Shown piece after piece: positions 13,651-26,126 of a DNA stretch of 64,000 nt. Source of the DNA: Octopus vulgaris (taxonomy: Eukaryota); contig OX597823.1 of the NCBI GenBank assembly GCA_951406725.2, positions 78,244,001 to 78,308,000 of the forward strand, read 5' to 3'. The notes below the pieces were generated by a model that saw only the letters and a program-made list of their open reading frames with translations, was not told the DNA's origin and ran no database searches. Each line of letters begins with the position of its first letter. Position 1 is the first letter of the stretch. Both the position numbers and the translations under genes were made by a program.

Positions 13651-14455
13651 GACTCTTTTACTCTTTTACTTGTTTCAGTCATTTGACTGTGGCCATGCTA
13701 GAGCCCCGCCATTTAGTTGAGTAAATCGACCCCAGGACTTATTCTTTGCAAGCCTAGTACTTATTCTATTAGTCTCTTTTGCTGAACCACTAAGTTACGG
13801 GGGACGTAAAGACACCACCATCAGTTGTCAAGCAATGGGGGGGGGAGCACAAACACAGACACACAAACATATACACACATACATATATGGCTGTGTGGTA
13901 AGTAGCTTGTTTACCAACCACATGGTTCCGGGTTCAGTCCCACTGCTTGGTACCTTGAGCAAGTGTCTTCTACTATAGCCTCGGGCCGACCAAAGCCTTG
14001 TGAGTGGATTTGGTAGACGGAAACTGAAAGAAGCCCGTCGTATATATTTATATATATATGTGTGTGTGTGTGTTTGTGTGTCTGTGTTTGTCCCCCTAGC
14101 ATTGCTTGACAACCGATGCTGGTGTGTTTATGTCCCCATTACTTAGCGGTTCGGCAAAAGAGACTGATAGAATAAGTACTGGGCTTACAAAAGAATAAGT
14201 CCCAGGGTCGAGTTGCTCCATTAAAAGTGGTGCTCCAGCATGGCTGCAGTCAAATGACTGAAACAAATAAAAGAGTAAAAGAGATATATATGACGGGCTT
14301 CTTCCAGTTTCTGTCTACCAAATCCACTCGCAAGACTTTGGTCGGCCCGAGGCTATAGTAGAAGACACTTGCCCAAGATGCCATGCAGTGGGAATGAACC
14401 CCGAACCATGTGGTTGGTAAGCAAGCTACTTACCACACAGCCACTCCTGCGCCTA
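13651..14455. mobile_element. Family A SINE (-) with a second family A SINE (+, 13888-14285) nested in its microsatellite
   Basis: The 3' half of the minus copy is at 13651-13887 and its 5' half at 14286-14455, flanking a nearly complete plus copy. Confidence 0.9.
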
Positions 14456-14929
14456 TTGTCTAAAATTCTAGAAAAACATTGTGCTGTTTGCATTTCTGGC
14501 TTATAAAGTAACACGGAAAAGAATAGTTAACTTAACCTTGAATAGTGTATAGATTTAAAACTACTTTTCTTAGCTGCAAAATTGGAAGTTTTTCACCTTT
14601 AATTACATTACTGCATAATACTATGTTCTAAATCCGGCTTCCATTAGTCACAATAAAATTAATATCAGAGATAGGTTATTTCAAAGTATCTGAGTGCTTA
14701 ATACTTACATTGGTCTACATAAATGAATTTTTTTTTTTAATTGGCTAGAGCTATTGAGTTGTGTTTTTAAGTAGTCTCATATATTTTCTCTTGATCTGTT
14801 TTCTGAAAGAAAGAAAAAAAAGGAAAGAAAGAGAGAGAGAGAGAGAGTGGGGTGGGTAAATAACTATATCAGTCTCTGTAGTAAGAGTAGACAACTATGC
14901 TATTAATTTAGCTAAAAAAAAAGTCAAGC

Positions 14930-15140
14930 CAATGAGAACTGCTAGAGAACCACTTCAACTGCTAGAAATAGCAGTCAAGCTTTCTTGAGCTCATGCACTT
15001 CCATATTAGAAAAGAAATGAAACATGTTGAATAATGTAGTCCACCAGCATACTTCGAAGCAGATGGGATGGTTATGGCTGGAATGGTCTTTGTTCATATA
15101 TGCCTGCTCAACCGAAGTTGACCCAGGGCTAAACAACAAC
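14930..15140 (+). mobile_element. Family H dispersed repeat (related copies about 2645-2830 (-), 4010-4185, and 41420-41900 interrupted)
   Basis: Shared ctgctagaaatagcag.caa..gataatgtagtcc..gatggt.atggctggaat..gacc.agggctaaacaacaac. Confidence 0.6.
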
Positions 15141-15751
15141 AGCTACCTGGCAATATTTCAAGCATTCATGTTATGTCTTAAGCACTGCATTATAATCCTG
15201 GCAAAGACACATAGCTCAAAATAGCTTTATCCAACTTGTAGAAAGAAGTACATAACCCTACCGCCGTTACCACCACCCATAGCCCCTATAAGCAACAGAG
15301 ATACAGTGTAAATTGTTAGCTGAACATGTCAAGCCTGTCAGTTTGACATGTTCAACTACAAAAACGTCCCATGGCTCTATCGATGGCCACAGAAAAGCAC
15401 CTAGATGTGTCATCATCCTTTGAATTGTAAAACTAGACAGGAAAGGAAGTATTCTCTGATGCTCCAAACTCAATATGATGCCAAACGTTTTAACTGCGTT
15501 ATAAAAAAAAAATGAATTGTATTTGTTCATTTAGTACTAAAGTTATATAAGTGCAACAAATAACTTGGAAGCCATTCACTACAAGTGTCAGGATCAAATG
15601 ATACAGTTATTGGACTTTGGCCATGTTGGAGCACTCTCTTTCAGTCAACTGTATTAATCTCAGGAACTATTAAAATTTTCTTTGTAAATATATATTATGT
15701 CTTTCCACGATTTTACTTTTAAATGTATAATATATATATATATATATATAT

Positions 15752-16085
15752 ATCATCATCATCATCATCATTGTTTAATGTCTGTTTTCCATGTTAGCAT
15801 GGGTTGGACGGTTCGATCGGGGTCTGGGAAGCCAAGAGGCTGCACCAGGCTCCAGTCTGATCTGGCAGTGTTTCTACAGCTGGATGCCCTTCCTAACGCC
15901 AGCCACTCCATAAGTGTAGTGGGTGCTTTTTACATGCCACCGACATGGACACCAGTCAATGCTGGCATCGGCCATGTTCGGATGGTGCTTTTTACGTGCC
16001 ATCGGCATAGGTATCACAACTACAATTTCCATTTGATTTTAATTTTGATGTTGATGTACTTGACTCAATAGGTCTCCTCAAGCAC
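15752..16085 (-). mobile_element. Family C retroposon
   Basis: (CAT)n tail plus cagctggatgcccttcctaacgcc core. Confidence 0.9.
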
Positions 16086-16286
16086 TATATATATATATAT
16101 ATACACATTTATGTTATATATATATACATATACATATATGTTATATACATATGCATATATGTTATATACATATATATATATGTTATATATATATATACAT
16201 ATATATTATATATATATACATATATGTTATATACATATATATATGTTATATATGTATATATATATGTTATTTATGTATACATATGC

Positions 16287-16319
<33 letters not shown>

Positions 16320-16340
16320 CATACATACATAGATGTATAT

Positions 16341-17080
16341 ATAATTGTTAAACATGCCAGTAAACATTAAGGCAAGGCAAACATCTCAATACAATATTAT
16401 TATAGGAAAAAATTCAAAATCTTACAGGTGAGTATGGGATATTCCATCATCAGAGACAAATAGGGAAAATGAGATTAATGAGATGATGACATAGAGGAAG
16501 TGGGTAAAAGAATAAGGATATCAAAAGAAAGAAGAAAAAAAAGCATAAAAGTTCATAGTTCAACTTTCCGAAGTTATAGAAACAAGAGCATGAGTCCTTA
16601 GGTGCAATCTATGGATCTACGCAGGATTACATGTAAGGACTCATGTTCTGGTTTCTATAACTTCGGAAAATTGAACTATGAACTTTTCTGCTTCTTTTTT
16701 TTTTTCTTTCTTTCCATCACCTTATTCTTTTACTCTCTTCCTCTATGTCATCATCTCATTAATATATACAATTCTCATTTTCCCTATTTCTTCCCTATTT
16801 GTCTCTGATAACAGAATATCCCATACTCAGGGATATCCCAGAAACAGCTGTAAGATTTTGAATTTTTTTCATTATGATATTGTATAGGACTTGAGATGTT
16901 TGCCTTGCCTTAATGTTTGTTGTCCTCTTTAACAATTATATCTCCATTGCATCGCTAATCTGCAATGGCTCCATAACTACCATTGTGGCTATAACCTTTG
17001 AGCCCTAGTAATCTGTTACACCACTTACCTAATGTACCTAATCGTTTAGATCACCTGTGAACTAACCCCCCCCCATACTT

Positions 17081-17085
<5 letters not shown>
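16341..17085. mobile_element. Penelope-like element remnant: about 600-bp inverted repeat carrying hammerhead motifs
   Basis: Arms at about 16341-16606 and 16625-16940 are reverse complements with indels, flanked by (TA)n. Segment 16890-17085 recurs inverted at 43225-43410. Confidence 0.8.
16801..16856 (+). ncRNA. Minimal type-I hammerhead ribozyme, G8A-mutated core
   Basis: gUCU-CUGAUAA-[gaauauccc/gggauaucc stem II]-GAAAC-AGCU-GUA^AGAu. Loop III is palindromic (CAGCUG). Confidence 0.7.
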
Positions 17086-17129
<44 letters not shown>

Positions 17130-17480
17130 TCACGGAGTGGTTTGCGTTAGGAAGGGCATCCAGCTGTAGAAACACTGCCAGATCAAACTGGAGCCTGGTA
17201 CAGCCTCCTGGCTTCCCAGACCCTGGTTGAACCGTCCAACCCATGCTAGCATGGAAAACGGACGTTAAATGATGATGATGATGATGAAAATATATCCTCA
17301 TCATCATCTTTTAATGTCTGTTTTTCATGCTGATATGAGTTGGATGGTTTGACAGACTACAGGGCTATGCTAAGCTTCACTGTCAGCCCTGGCATGGTCG
17401 CTATAGCTGGATGCTTTTCCTAATGCCAGCTGTTTTACAATGTGTACAGGCTGCTTTTTCTGTCATGCCACCAACACCAG
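17130..17480. mobile_element. Two family C copies tail-to-tail (+ 17130-17286; - 17298-17480)
   Basis: (GAT)n then (CAT)n tails about 12 bp apart, with mirror-image bodies. Confidence 0.85.
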
Positions 17481-19029
17481 TGAAGTTTCAAGTAAATTGC
17501 AAGAGAGAACAGGAATAAAAGGGAAAAAACTCCTGCTACCAGGTCATGGGGAGTATTCAAGATGATGGGGAGAGATTCCTTAATATATATATGCGTGTGT
17601 ATGTGTGTGTGTATAATATTCATAAGATGAAAAATATGTAGCAATTGTTTCTGTAAAACTCCATTTTTAACCACACTGTATGTAAATGATTCTATGTGAA
17701 AAGTTACATATCATGTGCAGTTGAATTTATCAGAATTGCACTTCATATGACTTGCATTAACTTGTATCTCTTTGGATTGTGCAAAAATATGTATTTTGCG
17801 TTACTTATCTAGGGGTACCAGAGGACAATGAGTACAAAAATAATAATGACGAAAAACGATAAAAATAATTTGATCAGACTAAAATTTGTGAAAATATGTA
17901 TAAACTTCATATTCCTTGTATGTGTTTAACCTTCAGAATCAAACATGAAAAAATAAAAATAAATTCAGAAGAGAGCTTTTGTAATATTTGTGATAGGAAT
18001 TTACAATATGACAAGATATTTCTTTATGAAAGCTCAATGAAGTAGAAAGAATTCAAATTTTTTGTTATGATAATACATAAATATATAAAGATGGTTCTGT
18101 AACAACAGATGTACATTAATAGGTTCTTGAGAAACATATTAAAATGATTCTATTTCTTTCAAATATATTTACGAGAAAAATGTCATTTTGCATTTCACCT
18201 TCTTTTATGGAATAAAATGGAATATCTATGTATTTTATTTGAAACATTTCTAACAAAAGAAATTACGTATATTTTTTTTTATCTCTTGGGGGTCACCCAT
18301 ATAGAAGAGCAATATCATATATTTGTCTTTTATTATGAATACATTTCATAAGAACGTGATGGAATTTAAATGTTTAATGTGTTATTGTTTTATTGCTAGC
18401 TTCCTCTCAGGAAGTGTAAAAATGTATTCTTTCCCATATGTATTATTTTCCTGTTGTTATGTATTATTTAACAATTAAAAGCATGTTTAAACACATTTCC
18501 TTTTGGATGTGTTTTGATGTTTTTTTTTCTTTGTCATCTTAAATAAATATGTCTTCGTCATTTAAGCAATGAAAATTTCCTATTATTAATAATTTCATTG
18601 TCATATTCAAACTGAGAATGAAAAGCAAGAGAATAAATATTTGAGTAGCTTAAAATGTTCTAGCTACAAATTTGAGTAAGATTTATTACATATTCCCATT
18701 GGTTACAATAAAGTTCTTAGAAGTTACTCAAACATTCCATATAGTAATCTCTGTTTAATAAATATGAATCATGTTTCACACATGCTTTCTTCAACCTCAA
18801 ATTGTTTTTATGGCTTGCATGCTGTGGTATAAATTTGCTATATATAAAAGTATGCATAATTACAATGGCCATGATGATAATACAATTATACAAAAAGTTT
18901 CTGTTAGGTTGTCAGATAAATTTCTTCATTTTTTTTTTTACTTTTATTTAAATTCTCTCAAGTGTTATTTGAATTCATACGAAAAGTATTTTTTATCACA
19001 GACTTTCTTTTTATAAGAAAATCTCAAAA

Positions 19030-19530
19030 CATAATTTAAGGAACTATGAAGGAGGAGAAATTATGACAAAAAGAATTAATTTACTTCAGGTTTGAAAAGG
19101 TTCAACTCATAAGAACAAGGAAGAGAGTTCCAAATTCTGACAGGTGAAGAAAAAATGCAACGATCATAGAAAGACTTCCTTATTCATGGAAGCACAACAG
19201 CATTTGGATGATGTAGTGAGTTTTGAATCAGAAGGAATGGCACAAACTGATCCGGATCTCACAGAGAAAGTTCATCAGAAAACTCCCTGTGGCAATAACA
19301 ATAGAAAAAAACTAAGACTGGTAGCATCACATCGATGTGACAAGGGTTGCAGAGTTGTAACAAGAGAGGAACCAATCAAATTAGAGACTTGCTTCTAAAC
19401 TCATTTGAGGAGATCCAAGTGTTGAGATCATGCACCAGCCCAAATAAGACAATAATATTCCATACAAGGATGAACTGGGTTTTTGTAGCTCTGTTCTTCC
19501 TCTACAAGTATTGTTCATCATTTTTAAATT
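19030..19530 (-). mobile_element. Decayed CR1/Zenon-like LINE 3' ORF fragment
   Basis: Minus strand reads YKTQF.PCMEYYCLIWAGA*SQHLDLL..V.KQVSNLIGSSLVTTLQPLSHRCDATSLSFF. Confidence 0.75.
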
Positions 19531-19692
19531 TGAACCATTTTTAATTCTTTTCCAACATATGATGGATGGACTGCCAAGTAAGAAAAATAAATGAACAAAA
19601 TTATCTGACTGCCCAATATTTCTGTACTGATATTATAGTATCTCTTTTCTTTTTTCTTTTTTCTTTTTTCTTTTTTTCCATCCCATATATAG

Positions 19693-19903
19693 ATTATAAC
19701 ATCCCAGGCGAAGCAATCAAAGATGGTGTGTGCAGTTTTTTGTATGATAGTAAGAAAACTAAAGAGGGATCATTCAATTCCCCTCGACATCCTGGCCTTT
19801 ATTTTATCAACCTTGATTGTATTTATATTTTCCGAGGAAAACGAGATGAGAAGATTGCAATTTCCTTTGAGGTATTCAACTTACCCAACAATGATCCTTT
19901 GAC
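19693..19903 (+). CDS. sol-1: Internal exon of the SOL-1-like protein (linker plus N-terminal half of the next CUB domain, probably CUB4)
   Basis: Long polypyrimidine tract then AG at 19691-19692; donor GTAAGT at 19904. The split codon G|AT gives Asp in frame. Encodes DYNIPGEAIKDGVCSFLYDSKKTKEGSFNSPRHPGLYFINLDCIYIFRGKRDEKIAISFEVFNLPNNDPL. The Y.IPG....DG.CSF.Y linker is characteristic of SOL-1 proteins. Confidence 0.92.
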
Positions 19904-19989
19904 GTAAGTTGGCTTTTATTACTCAGAAAAATTTATCCTCTAACCAAAAAAAAAAAAGATAAAAACAAAACAAGAAAAAAAAAACATTT

Positions 19990-21153
19990 GCAGTGGTGAC
20001 TGTGTGGTCAAGAAGTTTGCTTTACAAAAATGTAGTGTGGGGGTTCAGTTCCACCATGCAGCACCTTGAACAGGTGTCTTTTACTATTGCCTCGGGTCAA
20101 CCAATACCTTATAGGTGCATTTGGTAGATGCAAATAGTGGAAACCCATTATATATACATACGTATATGTATATAAGTGAGTATAAACATAGCATCATCAT
20201 CATCATCATTTAGCATCTGCTTTTCATGACAGAAAGCTGGTAAATTTGAAGAGCAGTACCAGGTTCCAATCTGCTTCTGCTTTGGCATGGTTTCTACAAC
20301 TGGATGCCCTTCCTAATGCCAACCACTCCAAGAGTGTATTGGGTGATTTTTATGTGCCACCAGAATCAGCCAGTACTATGATTTCACTTGGCTTGACGAG
20401 TCTTTACATGGCTTCACTTGGCTTGACGAGTACAGCATATCACTAAAGGTCTCGGTCACTCATGGTTTTGCTCACTTTATATATGTATGTATGTATGTAT
20501 GTGTGTATGTATGTATGTATGTATGTATGTCTGTCTGTCTGTCAGTCAGTCAGCCAGTCATTATTCAATTTATTTCAAGATTTCTTGCCAATAAAGAACT
20601 GGTTTCTAACCTAGATCCAATGTTTCTTCATTGGAATTTCAACACTGACAACAGGGTACTTTTGTTTGTATGTATGTATGTATGTATGTATGTATGTATG
20701 TATGTATGTATGTGTGTATGTATGTATGTGTGCATGTGTGAATGTATGTATGTATGTATGTATGTATGTATGTATGTATGTATGTATGTATGTGTGAATG
20801 TATGTATGTATGTATGTATGTATGTATGTGTGAATGTATGTATGTATGTATGTATGTATGTGTGAATGTATGTATGTATGTATGTATGTATGTATGTATG
20901 TGTGAATGTATGTATGTATGTATGTATGTATGTATGTATGTATGTATGTATGTATGTATGTGTGAATGTATGTAGGTATGTATGTAGGTATGTATATGTG
21001 TGTGTGTGTGAGTGTGTGTATGTCATTACTCAGTTTATTTCAAAATTTCTTGCCAATAGAGAAAGAACCAGTTTCTAACCTAGAGCCAAGGTTCCTTCAT
21101 TGGAATTTCAACATCGACAACAGAGTATTTTTATTTGTATGTGTGTATGCATG

Positions 21154-21192
<39 letters not shown>

Positions 21193-21805
21193 GCAGATTT
21201 GTATGTTTTGTTTTATGTATGTATTCTCATTCATATTGCTACATATCTAGACATGCTCACATATATATATCTAAATGATGTATGTATGTATGTATGTATG
21301 TATGTATGTATGTATGTGTGTGTGTGTGTGTGTATGTGTGTCATTATTCAGTTTTATTTCAAGATTTCTTGCCAATAGAGAATGAACCAGTTTCTAACTC
21401 AGATCCAAGATTCCTTCATTGCAATTTCAACATCAACAACAGGGTATTTTTGTATGTGTGTACGTATGTGTGTATGTATGTATGTATGTATGTATGTATG
21501 TATGTATGTATGTATGTATGTATGTATGTATGTATGTATGCATGCTTGTATGTATGAATGTATGTATGTTTGTATGTATCTATACATGTGTGTTTTTGTG
21601 TTTATGTTTGTCTTCCTACTCATTGCTCGACAACCAGTGTTGGTTTGTTTACATCCCTATAACTTGGAGGTTCAGTAAAAGTGACAAACAGAATAAGCAG
21701 CAGACCATACAGCAATTAAGCACTGAGGCTGATTTATCCAACTATATCCCTTTGCAGTGGTGCCCCAGCAGGGCCACAGTCCAATTAAGAAAACAAGCAA
21801 TAAGT
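19990..21805 (+). mobile_element. Family A SINE split by about 1.45 kb of nested material in its internal microsatellite
   Basis: Head at 19990-20150 and tail at 21590-21805. Between them lie a family C copy (20190-20460) and three (TATG)n-flanked units. Confidence 0.7.
20557..21453. repeat. Three 110-bp units separated by (TATG)n tracts
   Basis: gtcatta.tca.tttatttcaa.atttcttgccaata..gtttctaac..aga.ccaa..ttc.ttcattg.aatttcaaca..acaacag at about 20557, 21022 and 21340. Confidence 0.9.
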
Positions 21806-22357
21806 AAAAAAAAAAAAAGTATAACAGACATAAGTCACTGGTTTAATATTATAGTCAATAATAACCTTATATTTTATTGCTGCTTAGAAAAATCAATCAT
21901 CTTTTCACAGGACAGCAAAACCTCATGATAGGTTAAAATAGATTTAGCATTTTTATTAAAGAACATAGCTTTGTGAATGACACCTGCTTATATTTCAGAA
22001 GACAATTATTATTTAGGAACATATATATTTCTGTAGAGAAATTTCGTCTCAAGTTGATTCCAGTATGAAAACAGATCATTTTACAGAAAGCAACCAAATA
22101 AATGAAGTTAAATAGTCATCTAATACTGCTCTTAAATTAATAAATGTGTCTTCCCCATGGAATCTGTCCAAATAGTCATAATGTATATAATAATACAGAG
22201 AGGGGAAAAATGAGATCAAATTCATATCTATGAATATCCAGAGACATGAAAAATAATCTTACTGTAACTGAAATACAGTATGATAAGATATACTCTTGCG
22301 CCCACACTATATGCATACATATGCGGATGTAAACATACATAAATGCATGTAAGCATG

Positions 22358-22580
22358 CCATCATCATCATCGTCATTATTTAATGTCTGCTTTCCATGCT
22401 GGCATGGGTTGGGATGGTTTGACTGAGGACTGGCAAACCATGAGGCTGCACTAGGCTCCAGTCTGATCTGGCAAGGTTTCAAGGTTTCTACAGCTGGATG
22501 CCCTTCCTGATGCCAACCACTCTGAAAGTGTAGTGGATTGCTTTTTACGTGCCATTAGTATGGGAACCAGTCAGGTGGCA
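22358..22580 (-). mobile_element. Family C retroposon
   Basis: (CAT)n tail plus core. Confidence 0.85.
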
Positions 22581-22838
22581 TTGGCATTGTCTTTCTCTAT
22601 GTCTATGTGAGTATGTGTGAGTGCACATATATGTGTATGTTACCATAACCAAGCTAAGAAACTCAGTGTAACGTAACTTACCACACTGACTAGTAAACAA
22701 GCTACAAGCTACATTAAGTTTCTCAACTTGAAGACAGTTTTTTTGCCAGCATATTTTGCATGCCCTTACTATGTATACATACATATGTACATACATGCAC
22801 ACACATATGTATGTATGTATGTACATACATACATAATG

Positions 22839-22877
<39 letters not shown>

Positions 22878-23339
22878 CAAGGTATACTCTATTATAGATC
22901 CATTTTCTTTGCTTTTACCAATTGGTTTCACATTGGATATTAGTTTCTTGGTCATTAATAGCAATGTAGTTAACTAACACTACATATTCTTCAGAGATGG
23001 CAGATATGATAGAAGTATGACAATTATATTCATCAACTGTGCAAACAACATGAAATACATAAAGAACGAGAGACAAAATGGAAAACAGGACAAGTAGACT
23101 CAGAGATAGGATCCTTCATCAGTTGTTGGCTGTCTAACTTCTCCTCATGTCAAGCCTTCAACGACAATATGAGTCTTCAAAGACAGTTGCTCCCATAAAC
23201 TCTAAAAGAAAATTTAGGATTTATGGAGAGTAAAGTTGGAAACAAAAACAGAACAGTGAAGACACACACACACACAATATCATATCATGTATGATTTTTT
23301 CCTGTACTCGGATGGGTTGGACTGACTTCTTTACACAAT

Positions 23340-23488
23340 TCTCATTCTTCATCTGCATCACATACCCTTACCATTGCAGTCCACACTTTGGCTTATTTAT
23401 CTTCTACTCAGTTTTTGTCTCAACTCATTTATGCTCTTCCATTCATGTATACTAACACTACACATCCAATAAACCATACTTGCTTCAT
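23340..23488 (-). mobile_element. RTE LINE fragment
   Basis: Minus strand reads EASMVYWMCSVSIHEWKSINELRQKL..LQW*GYVMQMKNE. Confidence 0.7.
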
Positions 23489-23492
23489 ATAA

Positions 23493-23696
23493 ATAGACAC
23501 ACATGCATACTTCATAGATGCTACCATGATTATTGCCCTCCCGCCTGGTATTAAAGTATTTAGAAGATTAGCAACTATCTACTGATCACTTATTAAATAC
23601 TCTTACTCTATATCATGATCATTAGAGTATATTTTCCTATTCTCAACAGGGAGTCTAATCAGAAATATCTTAGTCAACTCATCATTAGATATCATA
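23493..23696 (+). pseudogene. cox1: NUMT: mitochondrial cox1 fragment
   Basis: Invertebrate mitochondrial code gives [68 protein letters not shown]. This is colinear with the COX1 motif [53 protein letters not shown]. Confidence 0.92.
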
Positions 23697-23817
23697 TGAG
23701 GTACTGGGTTTAATAATCACCTGATATTGGCATCTGTTAGGCTTCTTTATGCAAGCGTCTATGGCTGGAAATCATAATCAAATCCTTGTTAGTACTGCTT
23801 ATGCTTTTACTCTTGCC

Positions 23818-24110
23818 AGTGGTTAGAGCAGCGGACTCACGGTCGAGGGATCGCGGGTTCGAATCTCAGCCCGTGCGATGTGTGTGTTTATGAGCGAAAC
23901 ACCTAAGCTCCACGTGGCTCCGGCAGAAGGTAAAGGCGAACTTCTGCTGACACTTTCGCCATAACTTTCTCTCACTCTTTCCTCCTGCATCTTGCAGCTC
24001 ACCTGCGACGGACAGGCGTCCCATCCAGGTGGGGAACCTATACGCCAAGGAAACCGGGAAACTGGCCCTTATGAGCCAGGCATGGCTCGAGAAGGAACAA
24101 ACAAAACAAA
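23818..24110 (+). mobile_element. Family D1 tRNA-derived SINE
   Basis: Box A/B head (cagtggttagagcagcggactc..ggttcgaatctc), gcgacggac.ggcgtccc.tccagg module and (AAC)-rich tail. Confidence 0.9.
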
Positions 24111-25368
24111 GTTGTAGTAGAAGGCATTTGCTCAACATGAAATTAGACCAAGAACCATATGGTTGAGAAGCAATACTCTTACCACACAGCCATGCCAACA
24201 CCTGTAGCATGCAAGTGCTTAGATTTGTCGAAAAACTACACACAAGCCACCTGTAATCAACAGAATGCACTCATTGCTTGGTTACTACACAACATCCCTG
24301 TCACCAATATTCCTTCTAATCCTTCATTGCGGATGTGCACAGAAGTTTGCCTTTGTGCAAACGTCGTCTTTATTTGCAAAGTATGTGCACATCCATGCGA
24401 GCAACCCTCTTCAATTAAAAAAAATTTTGATTTCATCTTGTAAAGCCTGGGTGCACACCTTTTTCTCCTTTATGTACCAATTGTAAAACACGTGCACGCT
24501 TGCACAAGCACACAACTTGAAGGGAACACTGCCTTACTACTCATAACAAAGGTTTCTTGGTTTCTTTTATTAGCTGAAAGCAATAAGGAACAAGGAGATA
24601 TAGGCAATTTAATGAAATACAATTCATGAGTGCTGTTTATTTTATCCACTTTCAATGGATGAAAGGCGAAGTCAGAACAAGTTGAAATCAAACTCAAGAA
24701 GATGGATGGAACTAAATACTCAAACGCATATACATAATAATAGGCTTTCTTACATAAATCTGAGGAGGTGGGGGGTTGTTTTGTTTTTTGAACTGGGAAA
24801 TACCGTTTTCAAAACAATAGAAGATGTAAGGGAAGTGAATTAAGTAGCACTAGGAGATAAAACCATGCCATATCCACTGTTCATATGGAACGACTATAGC
24901 ATATCACCAAAAAAAAAAAAAATGTATTGCTAATAGAAACCACCAGTTTATTGACAACAATGATATCACCTCCTCCCCTTCCTCCTTTTATTGTTGTTGA
25001 TGTTGTTCTGGTTGGTGCAACACAAGGTTATTATTATGTGAAAAGCAGTTGGGTTTTCAACTGGGTTTCCTGGTCCTTTCTTTGTCCCTGCCATATATTT
25101 CATAATCGTCACATGTTTTGTAATATATTATTTTCGTATTTCTTTTTACATGATGTAATGTTCTATCTAAAAATGTTCATATTTGCACATGTCTACACAC
25201 ATGCACACATGCAACACACACATGTACACATGCATTCACACACAAATATACATTCTTATATACACAAGTATTGGCATATATACACATGATCACATGCATA
25301 TATGTATGTGTGTATGAGTGTATGTATTACTGGCATTTTCTCCGTTAATACAAGGCATGCATGCTAAA

Positions 25369-25787
25369 TCTATATATATATAAAGCTGAAGTTGTCTGTG
25401 TGTGTGTGGCAGGTTTGGTAGCCTTCAACTAACTCTATCTCCTTCGAGACCCTGTGGCACAAGTTGGCCAAAATTGAAAGTATGATAGAAAAAGGCTTGC
25501 TCTTCATTCCATAGAAGAAAAAATTAAAATCGGACCATGTTAAGATCAAACATTTTTTTCTATGAAAATCCCTACTTTTTGCAATTTTTTGGCTGCTGTG
25601 TCACCATTTTTCGTTGTATTTCAACCAGAAAAATGTTCACTTAAAGAGAATAACAAGCTATATAGCAAAATTTTTACTTTTCAAAAAAGATTGAAACTAT
25701 ATCAAAACTTTGTTAATGCGACATCAAAGTCTGCCATTTTAAGCGCAATAAAAACCAAGCCCGAACAACGCCAGGCTATACTGCTTG
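25369..25787 (+). mobile_element. Non-autonomous Helitron
   Basis: 5' A|TCTATATATATATAAAG. 3' imperfect GC hairpin gcccgaacaacgccaggc, then CTTG|T (a CTAG variant). Inserted at A|T with no TSD. Confidence 0.75.
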
Positions 25788-26086
25788 TAATTTTTATAAA
25801 GACAGCTTGAAAAATGTATATGCATATGCATATATATATATATATACATTACATACACAGGTACATATTTGTATATACACCCTTCTCTACTACGATTTTG
25901 ATTTTTGAAATTGCATTCTCATGTAGATAAATACACCCATGAATACATATATACCTATATGCATATCATATAGTGATACCTGAGGCCTGATCAACTAGTC
26001 AGGAAAACTCCTCTCTCTATTTTTTTTTTTCTGCACACTAAAAGTATAGATGAAATATATTTGTATTTTTATTACATTATCACAAC

Positions 26087-26126
<40 letters not shown>

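Noticed and set aside
20557-21453. CRISPR-like repeat-spacer appearance
   Set aside because: Units are about 110 bp, spacers are microsatellites, the DNA is eukaryotic and there are no cas genes.
23100-23130. CUGAUGA on the minus strand (tcatcag), and another at about 47493 (+)
   Set aside because: No stem II, GAAA and UH arrangement follows, so these are not counted as hammerheads.
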